A stretch of 64,000 nucleotides of DNA. Origin: Eledone cirrhosa (Eukaryota). Positions 49,024-61,000 of the stretch are shown here, in pieces. The stretch is taken from NCBI GenBank assembly GCA_964016885.1, contig OZ024750.1, positions 22,754,001 to 22,818,000 on the forward strand. Reading direction: 5' to 3'. A model generated the notes under the pieces. That model ran no database searches and was not told the DNA's origin. It worked only from the letters and a program-made list of their open reading frames with translations. The translations under genes were made by a program, and so were the position numbers. Every line of letters starts with the position of its first letter. Positions within the stretch are counted from its first letter, which is position 1.

Positions 49024-52000
49024 ATGATGGACCTGATTGAGGAATCACCTCACCAACCTAAAAAGGACTCATTTCAACTAGAGTTAGCAGCTAAGATGGA
49101 AGAAAGACGGGTTCGGGGTTTGGGGTCAGGATTTTCTCCCCGTGATTCCAATAACAGTTGTTGCAGCAACGATGAAGGTAAATCATAATTATCAGTGTTG
49201 TCATCGTTATCATCATCATCAACATTATCATCGTCATCATCATTAACATTAACATCATCATCTTCATGAATATCAACATCATCACCACAATCATTTCAGC
49301 ATCACCAACATCATTATTTTACATTGGTTTTTCCATACTGGCATGGTTTGGGCAGGTCATTATTTGTAGCTTCTCTCCTCCTAAACAGTTCAGAGGACCC
49401 CACCTTTTTTACATACATTTCTGTTTTGGCATAGTTTCTATAGCTAGGTGCTCTTAGTAATGCAGAGTGTATTGGGTAATGCAGGGTGTTATTGTGGCAT
49501 CAGCACCAGAGAGATTGTTATGTACTTGATGTGACTAAAGAGTCCAGTCAACACTATGTTGTTATCTTTCAGACATTATGCACTTTACAGAGTGTACTGG
49601 GTGCATTTCATTGTGGCACCACATCTGAAAGGTTGCCTCATACTAAGGCAAACTTGATCAAGAATGAAACTAGAAAGAAGTGGCAGCTAAGGTGGACAGA
49701 TATGTATAATTCTAAGTTGGGTCAAGTGTTAAACTGGACAACAGACTTGACTCCACTAAAAATACCAACAGCCCAGGTGGTGGTGTTAAACTGGACAATA
49801 GAGTGGACTTCATTAAAAATACCCACGGCCCAGGTAGTGGTGTTAAACTGGACAACAGAGTGGACTTCATTAAAACAACCAACAGCCCAGGTGGTGGTGT
49901 TAAACTGGACAACAGAGTGGACCACTAAAAATACCCACAGCCCAGGTGGTGGTGTTAAACTGGACAACAGAGTGGACTTCATTAAAACAACCTATGGCCC
50001 AGGTGGTGGTGTTAAACTGGAGAACAGAGTGGACTTCACTAAAACTACCCAAAGCTCAGGTGTTGGTGTTAAACTGGACAACAGAGTGGACTTCATTAAA
50101 ACAACCTATGACCCAGGTGGTGGTGTTAAACTGGAGAACAGAGTGGACTTCACTAAAACTACCCAAAGCTCAGGTGGTGGTGTTAAACTGGACAACAGAG
50201 TGGACTTCATTAAAACAACCTATGGCCCAGGTGGTGGTGTTAAACTGGAGAACAGAGTGGACTTCACTAAAACTACCCAAAGCTCAGGTGGTGGTGTTAA
50301 ACTGGGTGACAGTTTAAGTCTACTTATGCAAATTTTCTTTCTTTATAGTTTAAATTTTCTTTTCATGTTTGTTGCCAAATTCATTTTGTCTATTATCTGC
50401 CTTTTTTAAATGTGAAATGGGATGGGGTGTGCAAACTGCATCTTGGGAATGATATGAAGATGGGACGTGTGAAAACATTTTGTTACCTAGGAGACATTTT
50501 GAATGGAGAAGTGGGACCAGACTCTAGAGTGAGATGTGTGTAGAAGTTCCGAGAACTGAGTGGCATGGTAATGTGGAGGGAAATGTTGCTGAAATTGAAA
50601 GGAAAGTTGTATGTTGCATGTATGAGAAGAGCTATGATTTATAGGAATGAGAAATGGAGGAAGAAATAAAAGCCAGAGGAGGTGGATACTGACAATAGAG
50701 CAAATTCTAAATGCATGCCCTGCTGCCCTGCAATGCTACTCCATGCTTTAGCAGAGAAAACAGCCTTATAATGCTTCTATTGTGTTGTGCCTTCTTTTCA
50801 TTGTCCATTTCTTTATATTTTCAGATAATTTACCTATGGGCATGAGTAAACTTTCTAAGCATAAAACATTCAATTTGAATGATACATTGAGGTTTGATAG
50901 TACAAAATATATGTTTGATAAGCAGACACTGGATACAGATTTTTTGAATAAATCAAATCAGTATAGAAGCACGTTGCAGCCAAATGACGTCTCTGGGAAG
51001 AACTCCAAAATGAAACATTCTCAGTTGAGAGAGGCTAATATTGATGAGTTTTTAAATAGCTCAACAGATTCTTTACAGATGAAAAAAGATCTACAATACT
51101 CATCATCAAATATTCTAGAGATGTTACCAGAACATTCTTTATCCAGGTATTGAATACTTTAATAGTTTGCTTTTTTAATATTTTGAAAGTATTTTAACCT
51201 TTTCCTTATCATATTTCTAATGAAAGACACTAACTATAATTTTCAAATAATTTTGAAAATTATCAAGAATTTAAAAGGATTTAGTAATGTAACTAACTTT
51301 CTTGTTATTTGTTTGATGTTTGGAATAAAATTATGATGGAAGGTTTTTAGATATAAACATGTTAAAAGAAGCAGTTTAGTTATCAAAGGGTTAATCAAGA
51401 ATTACATTTAAGAGAGAGACATTGCTGGAATTCCAGACTTACGGCTTGTGATTATTGAATTCATACAGTTTGATAAACAAGTCATTGTACTCAGTAGCTC
51501 AGTCTAACAAGAAAATGAATACATATACCACTTCAGGACGAAGCATGTTGTCCTTGAGTGAGCTCCTTGTTAACACTTCAGCTTTAACCCTTTAGCATTT
51601 ACATTACTCTATATATACTATTATATTTTCATGGTAAAGGCTTTATCTCACATAATCTTGAATCTATGAGACTTTGATATTGTTTATTTTGAGAACAATA
51701 CCTTAAAATCAGTATGAGCAGCCAGTTTGAACAGTAATAGGTAAGAGAATTCTGGTTTAAATATGGCTGGTTTAAATGCTAAAGGGTTAATAACATAACT
51801 ATTAGAATTTGCACACCTTGTCAATCCATTTGATCATGGATGTAGGGTGATGACATAACACATCATCACCACAACCACAGTATTATGTCTGTTTTGCATG
51901 CTTGTATGGGTTGGACAGATTATCATGTTCTGAAACTAGACCAGTCAGATGACCATGTCCTGCTCATGTGTTTTATTTTGGCATGATTTCTATGGGTGGA

Positions 52001-55000
52001 TGTCCTTCCTAATGCCAACTATTTTATAGAGTGTATTAGGTACTGTTTATCATGGCATTAGTGTTACCACCTTACAGGGTGGATTGAGTGTTTTTTTTTA
52101 TCATGGCACCAGTACTATCCTTTGCAAAGTGAACTGAGTGGATTTTATCATTTCACTAACACTGCCATCTTTCAAGGTGGACTGGGTGTTTTTTTATTAT
52201 GGCTGGCACTAGCACTTTACAGGATGGGCTAGATACATGGCAGAATTGGTAGAGCACATGATAAAATATCTCTGGCATTTAATTACAGTCCTTTACATTC
52301 TGAGTTCAAATTAATCTGTGGTCAACTTTGCTTGCCATACTTCAAATCAAGTACTGAGATCAAATATATCCGCTTCCTTTAAATTTGAGATCTTGGGCCT
52401 ATATTATTAAATCAATATAAAGTGTTTTGAATTTACTTTACAGGAAATCTAAAGAACTGACATCAAGTGAAGAGCACTCTTTGTTAACTGGTAAGTTTAC
52501 TTTACAAAGAATCTTCATCATCACCATAATCATCATCGTCATCATTACCATCATCACCACCATTGTCATGATCATCATGAACATTGTCATCATCATCATT
52601 AATATTTTGATGGTTTTTTTATGGATGGATACCAATTCCAATGCCAACCACTTTATAGCATGTACTTGGTGCATTCTATCATGGTACCAGTACTAATATA
52701 TATGAACTTGCTGTTGAAACAGCAAGAGCTCAGCCGTTGGAGTCCGACTCTTTATAATATAACCATACTCTACTACCTCAGGTATCAAGCACTCTGAATT
52801 GATCATGATTTATATATATATATATATACAATAATTTAATTATTATATATATATATTTAATTACATAATAAACACAGTATAATTATTCCATTACCAAAGG
52901 TTTCAGGAAACTAGACGATCCTAACAGAAACGTCCAGTATATATATATATTAAAATAACAGATTAAAGTTTAAGCAAAGAATCGCTGCTTTCACCCTTAA
53001 CGGGATCTTCAGAAGCGATTCTTTGCTTAAACTTTAATCTCTTATTTTAATAAATATTTGCTCTATGGTTTTATATATTTTGATATATATATATTATCCT
53101 TATCGAACCCTCTTCGGATTTTAGTCTTCACATTTATTATTATTACTATATATATATTTATATATAGGTTTATTCAATAATTTCAGTAACTTTGTCAGTT
53201 ACTGGAAGTGGTGCCAATATAAGAACTCAATGCTAAGGCAGAGTGTATAAATTAAGTATAACAAGACAAAGTTTCACAAGAATTTTTGTTTTTAGCTTAA
53301 CTAAAATCTGATGAGCAGATTGGTGCTGGTGTTGCGTCTATAACACAGATACGGATCTTAAACCAATCATCTGTGAAACATATATAACCAATAAAAACAC
53401 TAATGTGAAACATCATCTTGTTATACTTTATCATCATCACTGTTTTACGTCTATTTTTTCACACTACCATGGGTTAGACAAGTTGTCCTGTTGTGGGCAG
53501 TGCTAGGTCAGGTGACCTTGTCTTGCTCATACAGGACTGATTTGGGCTTGATTTCTACAGCTGGATGTCCTACCTACCTCATTTACAGTGAGTACTGGGT
53601 GCTTTTTATCGTGATATATAAATATATATATATACATATGTATCATCATCATCATTTTACGTCCGCTTTTCCATGCTTGCAAAGGGTGGGATGGGTCCTA
53701 TTCAACACAGCATCTTTCCACTTGCCACTATTCTTCGTCATCTCCTCTGTGAGCTTCAGCGATCTGAGGTCTGCTCGCACCACCTCCACCCATGTTTTTC
53801 GTGGTCTTCCTCTACTGTGTCTTCCTTCTACCGGGATTTCTTGGCACTTCTTTACCCATCGGTCATCCTCCATACACATCATATGTCCATACCATCGCAG
53901 TCTTCTCTCCTGCACATCACAACTCATCTATGCTTGGTCATTCACGCACATTGTCATTGCACATCCAACGGAGCATGCTTGCTTCATTTCTCCCCAGCCG
54001 TCGCATATCCTCTGCAGTTGCTGCCCATATCTCACTACCATGCAGCATCGCGCATCTCACACAGGCATCATATAACCTGCCTTTCGTACGCAGGGAGAAA
54101 CCCTTCTTTGTCAACAGAGGAAGCAGCTCCATAAACTTCTTCCAACCCGTCCTTATTCTAGATACTATAGCTATTAACCACTTCTATAGAACCCACCTCC
54201 ATTTGAAAAATGTGTCTATCACTGCAACTTCTACTGTCAAATTTCTCTGTACATATGTATGTATGAGTGTGTGTATGTGTATAGATCATGCTGCTCTATG
54301 ATGGCTCAATGGGAGAATTGAAACTAAAAATCCAAGACCTCAGAGCTCTTGCATACTGCCAATAACATTGGAAACTACATATCTAATATTTTGCGGAGAA
54401 CAATATAATCAGGCTAAAAACAGGGAGCCAGAATAAGCATCATACTTACATTATGGTACCATTTCATGGCAGCAAAAATTATCAACATTTTACATAGGTA
54501 AATGGTGAATCAAAGAACTATTTCATTAGGCCTCTTGTAATTCCAGAAAAAAAACCCAGAAATAACAAATATCTCTGTACATATGTATGTATATTTAATA
54601 TAAAAATGGCTTCTACAGGACGAGTAGAAGCCATTTCTGTATTAAATGTTTAGACTCTGCTATGTATTGAGTACCTTATTGTTGTTATCCCCGGTTGAAC
54701 CTGGGTGTTAAATGATGATGTTGATTATATATATATAATCATCGTCATCATTTCACATCCAAGCTTTGATAGGTATCATAATCATTATTTAACATTTCGT
54801 TTCTCTGCTAGCAAGGATTCTTGTGTAACTTATGTAATAAATGGGTTATATCTTTCTTGTAGAATCATTGCAGAGCTATTCTGAAGCAGATCCTCCACCA
54901 AGACACAGATTTCTAAAAAGTACTAAAAACATGCAAGAAACAAAAAGTGATAAAGGGGAGGATATAGCTGCAACTTGTCCAAAGTGAGTTCTGAAAATAT

Positions 55001-58000
55001 TTTCAAATCATTATCATCATTGTTTTACATCTAAACAAGTGATCACATTCTGGTGTGGACTGGATGCATTTTTTCATGGCACCAGCACTATCACTTTGCA
55101 GAGTGTGTTGAGTGCATTTTATTTTGGCACCAGCACTACCACTTTACAGTGTGGACTGGGTACATTTTATTGTGTCACCAATGCTATCACTTTACAGTGT
55201 GGGCTGGGTACATTGTATTGTGGCACCAGCACTACCACTTTATAGATTGTGTTGGGTGCATTGTATTGTGGCACCAGCGCTACCACTTTACAGTGTGGGC
55301 TGGGTAAATTGTATTATGGCACCAGCACTACCACTTTACAGGGTGGGCTGGATACATTTTATTGTGGCACCAATGCTACCACTTTACAGTATGGGCTGGG
55401 TACATTGTATTGTGGCACCAGCACTACCACTTTACAGTGAATATCAAGAATTAAGTAAAAGATTTGTGAGGATTCACCATCTTCACTTTTTCTTTCATCA
55501 TCACCGTTTTACGTCCGTTCTTCCACGCTAGCATGGGTTAGACGGGTTGTCCTGTTGTGGGCAGTGTCTGGTCGGCTGACCATGCCTTGCTCATACAGGA
55601 ACTGATCTGGCTTGATTTCTACAGCTGGATGCCCTTCCTAACACCAACCTCATTTACAGTGAGTGCTGGGTGCTTTTTCGTGGCGCCTACACGTCCACTT
55701 TACAGTGTGGGCTGGGTGCTTTTTTGCCGTGGCACCTCCACGACCACCTTGCGGTGGGGGGGGGGGGGGGGCATATTGTTTATATGCTTCAGCATGTACC
55801 CATGGGAGGTTGGGTACCCTGTATTACTGCATGACGCCAGAAGTCACGGTCGTGTGTCATTGACTTTGAGAGGTGTAGTTGGGTAAGGTCGGCTTTTATC
55901 ACCTCATCCCAAGTCATCTTGGGTCTCCCCACTCCGCGGTTTCCATCAACTTCTAGTGCTCTGCACCTTTTTATGCAGCTGTCATCCTTCATACGCATCA
56001 CATGTCCATACCAGCGTAACCGCCTCTCCTGCACGCACCATTTGATTCCTCTTATGCTCAGTCTCTCTCTCAATTCCTTTATGCTTTGTCGTTCACGTAT
56101 ATTACTGTTACACATCCATCGGAGCATGCAGGCTTCGTTTCTCTCTAATCTACGTAAGTCTTCCACCTTCAGCGCCCAGGTCTCACTACCATGCAACATC
56201 GCTGTTCGGATACACGCATCATACAGTCTGCCTTTCATTCTGAGGGAGAAGCCTTTTGCAGCTAGCAGTGGTAGTAGTTCCCTAAACTTCTTCCATCCCG
56301 TTCTCGATACCATTATTCAACATTGCTAAAAAACCTATATTTTGCACATTTAGATTTACAAAATGTATGACAAACAGCTAATATCAACACTTTCATTTAC
56401 AAATTTCTAATATAAGACACTGCCTATGATTTTTTTATAATTTTTAAAATAATCAAGAATTTGAAAGGATTTAATTAATATAACTGTCATTTTCATTATT
56501 AAGTTAGTGTTTGGAACATAGTTTAACAGTGGTTATTATATATAATTATGATGGAAGATTTTTAGATAAATATAAACACTTTAAAAGTAGTAGTTTTGTC
56601 TTGTGGGACCAGGTGCAATTTCAGGTAGTTTCGTACCGAAAAGGTTAATAACATAGGAACAAATATAATGATTAAAATTTGCCTTGTAAGTTTAACCCTT
56701 TAGTATTTACATTACTCAATATTTACTATTGTATTTTCACGGTAAACACTTTATTTCACATAATATTGAATCTACAAGATTTTGATATTATTTATTTTGA
56801 AAACAATACCCTAACATAAATATAAGCAGCCGGTTATGGCTGGTTTGAACAGAAAGGTGAGAGAATTATGGCCGGTTTAAATGCTAAAGTGTTAAACGGT
56901 TTGTTTGTTTTTTTTCCTCTACAGACCCACACCAAGAGCTCATAAAACAGATTCTATTTCTTCTTCGGCCAACAAGAATTGTAATTCAAATAGTAGTTTA
57001 TCTGATATTCTTGGAGACAATGGCTTTTCTAAAGGTACATTGCCTGAAACAAACAACCATGAATCGAAATATAATTCATTACAAAGATTTGAAGACATCA
57101 ACGAGGGCAACACTAACGGTAGCTTACAAGAAGTGCCTGAGAATACTTCTAGGACAAAAGACTCAGCCTCTGTATGTCAACAAGAAAAAGTTGAAGCAGG
57201 TATAGAAGATAAACAGTCAAAGAATAACCTTTCTAACTATGATGACAACAACAGTGATGATGATGATGATGATATCCTTTCATATTTACTCAAAAGAAAA
57301 AACAGTAAAAACGAAGAAAAAGAAATAGTTAAGAAGACTACTGATTCTACTGAAAATAGAGAGGTGACATTGGAATATAATGAAGACCCGGATTTGGACT
57401 CAAAGAACGAGAACCTCGATAATGACAGCAATTCAGATGAGATATCTGAAATTTCGAGAAACACCATTACATTGTTAGATGGGGGCAATAATAATATTGA
57501 GAAACCAATAGTAAAGCCTCGTAAGCCGAAACAACAAACTTTTATAACAGTTAATCAAAATGACCAACATGACCAACAGGAAGAACTTATACAGTTATCT
57601 GATGGACTCAGAGAAAATATGGAAAATAAAAGGTCAATTTCTAATGAAGTACGACCTCAGTCTTGGCAGAGCCAACAGTAAATATATATATTTTTACATT
57701 TAACCTTTCCATTACCATATTTTTAATAAAAGACACTGTATGACTCTCAAATAATGTTTTTTAAATAATCAAGAATTTGGAGGGATCTAGCAGTGTAATT
57801 AACTGTCTCATTATTAAGCTGATGTTTGGAACATAACACTTCTGTTACCATATTTCTATTGAAAGACACTATGATTTTCAAATAATTTTTTAAATAATAA
57901 CAATTTTAGGGGTATTTAGTAATATAACTCATTATTAAGCTGGTGTTCAAAACAACTTAACCCTTTCATTATCATATTTTTAATGAAAGACACTATGATT

Positions 58001-61000
58001 TTCAAATAATTTTTTTAAATAATCATGAAAGTGTAGGAATTTAGTAATATAACTAATTTTATTATTAAGCTGGTAGAGGGTCGGACGCCATGCTTTGACG
58101 CATAGAGTTACGGCCCTTGCCATTCTGAGTTCAAATCCTGCCGAGGTTAACTTTGCCTTTCATCCTTACGGGATCGATAAAATAAAATACCAGTAATACA
58201 CTGAGTAATTGCTGGCCTTGTGCCAAAAGTAGAAACAATTATTATTAAACTGGTGTTTGGAACATAACGTACCGCTTCTGTTACCATTTATCCAATGAAA
58301 GGACACATTATTTTCGAATAATTTTGAAAATAACAGTGCTGTTGATGTGAGCCATAGGCAAAACTAATCAAAAGTAGGTCATTACAAAAATAAGGTGCTA
58401 ACCCCAGATTTATTATTTTTTGTAAGGCTGGTGGATTGGCAGAGTCGGACGCATTGCTTTGCAGCAAAGAGTTACGGCCCTTTATGGTCTGAGTTCAAAT
58501 CCTGCCGAGGTTAACTTTGCCTTTCATCCTTACGGGGGTCGATGAAATAAAGTACCAGTAATACACTGGGATAATTCCTGACCTTGTGCCAAAAGTAGAA
58601 ACAATTATTTTTTGTAAATATATATTGTTTTTCAATCTAATTATTTTCAGTTTGGTTTCCAATGTTAAAACTAAACCAAAACCCAAACAAAAAGAAACCA
58701 GAATGGCTGATATTCCACCAGAGCTGCTGAATATAGATCTACTCCGGGAAGAAACATTTAAGATATGGCGACAAGAGAAGGATAAAAAGATCAAGGAACT
58801 ACAAAAAGAAAAAGAAAAAGAGAAAGAGAAAAAAATATGGGTAAAAATAGTTTTTAACCCTTTTGTGATCATATTTGCAATGTAATACATTTTATTTCAG
58901 TTAATTCATGAAGAATTTTGAATGTGGTGAAACTGTTTTGCACTCATTTGTCTTGGCATCACTGATCTGTGGTGTTACAGGAAGAGAATGGTGGCAATCT
59001 GGAATGAAAAAAGTGTTTCCAATGATAAACAAACTCTCAGAGTATTCAAGATCTTTAAACCTAGGAATCTTTCCAGTGTTTTGTGGTGAGTTATGTCAGC
59101 GCTAGAAACACTTTCATCATCATCATCATCATCATCATCATTTAACATCTATTTTTCCTGCTTGCATTGATTAGATGGGTTGTCACGTTCTGATGCCAGA
59201 CAGGTCAGGTGACCACGTCTTGCTCTTGTGCTCCGTTTTTGGTTTGGTTTTCTTCAGCTGGATGTTCTTCCTAGTGTCAACCACTTTACATATTTGGTTA
59301 ATGTTTTAATAACACAGGAACAAAAAGAAAGACTGCATGTGGCTACAATTACTTTTAATGCCTGGAAACAACAGAAAGATCCACTTATAAAGAAGAAGTT
59401 GAAAGTGGAGAAGAATAAGGAAGAAGAAAAAAAGATAAAAGAAGATAAAGAGAAAATAGAGAAAATTGAAGGAGCCAAAACAGTAAGATTTTCAAATTCA
59501 TTCTGTAGATTTATTGGTTTATTTTTATTCCTGCCCAGAAAATTTTACCCTTTCATTACTATACAAGCATGGGCAGGGTGTTTGTAGAAGACCAGCTGTT
59601 GATAAGGGGTCAAGGATTCTATGAAGTAAACGATGGTCAAAGATGTTTGTGGATCCCTGAGTTAGACATAGATGGTGTGGTGGGAGAGAAAAAGGTATAT
59701 TGCTGTCATTCCGTTGTCCATATTTGAGATATCCTTGTACTAATTAATTAATTACTTAGCCTTTTTCCTTTTAAACAAGAGTATATATAGGTACACTAGT
59801 CCAGGAACTGAACTCATGACCAACAGATAGATTAGTGCACTTAACACTAGTTATGTGTATTGGTAAGTCAAATGACGATTTTGCTCAAGGAATTTTGTAT
59901 GGCCACAGTTCTGTTCTATATATGTGAGCAGTACATTAATTATAGATCCACTTTTGTCTTAACCCTTTAGCATTTACATTATTCTATATATATACTATTG
60001 TATGTTTGTGGTAAAGACATTATCTCACATAATATTGAGATTTTGATGTTATTTATTTTGAGAACAATATCTTATCATTGGTATGGGAGTCTAGTTAGGG
60101 CTGGTTTGAACAGAAAGAAGTGAGAGAATTCTGGCTGGTTTAAATGCTAAAGGGTTAAAGATGATCAGTGGTTGCAGCATAGCTGAATGGTTAAGAAGTT
60201 TGCTTTACAATCACAGGGTCTTGGGTTCAATCCTACTGTGGTGTAATTTGGATAAGTGTTGTTTATCATAGCTTCAGTTTATTCCAAGCATTGTGAGTGA
60301 AACTAGATACAGGGGAAACTGTCTAGAAGCCTGTCAAATAGACTGTACCAGTAATTCAAAGGTCTAACCTTGTTACACTGTTTTGTGCTGAATCTCCCTA
60401 AAAATTACATTACCATATTTCTAATAATTTTGAAAATATTCAAGAATTTGAAGAGATTTAGTAATGTAACTAGCTTTAAAATTACTAATCTGGTGATTGG
60501 AGCATAGTTTAACAAAAGTTCTTACATAAAATTGTAATAGAAGGTTTTTAGATAAATATAAGCAGACTTGTATCATAAAATCAGGGGTAGTTTGATATCA
60601 AAAGCATTAAGGATGCACGTGTCTGTGGAATGTTCAGACACTTGCACATCAATTTCATGAGCAGGCTGTTCTGTTGATCAAACAATTGGAGCACTCATCT
60701 TTCTTATTACAGTGTTTTGAAATTTGGAAGAAAAATAAGGACGAAATATTGAGTGAGAACCAGAAAAAGATTAAGAAAAAAGAACTTCTGAAGACTCAAA
60801 AACTGAATAAAGAAAAATTAGATAAAGAGCAAAATAATATGACTGCCTTTATGACATGGTATATTGTTTACTTGCATCTCTTTCTCTTTCTTGCTATTGA
60901 AATAGGAGATCTGTCAAAAAAAGTATCTGAGCTTAGGCTGAAGAAAATTGCATTCTTTGTAGGGTTTAATTGTTAATCTCTTCGTCCTTTGTGCATCCAC

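Noticed and set aside
49486-50409. 307-aa ORF with repeated peptide units
   Set aside because: A by-product of a 57-bp minisatellite (multiple of 3) that is open in several frames. It lies in a MAP9 intron and is not needed for the gene model.
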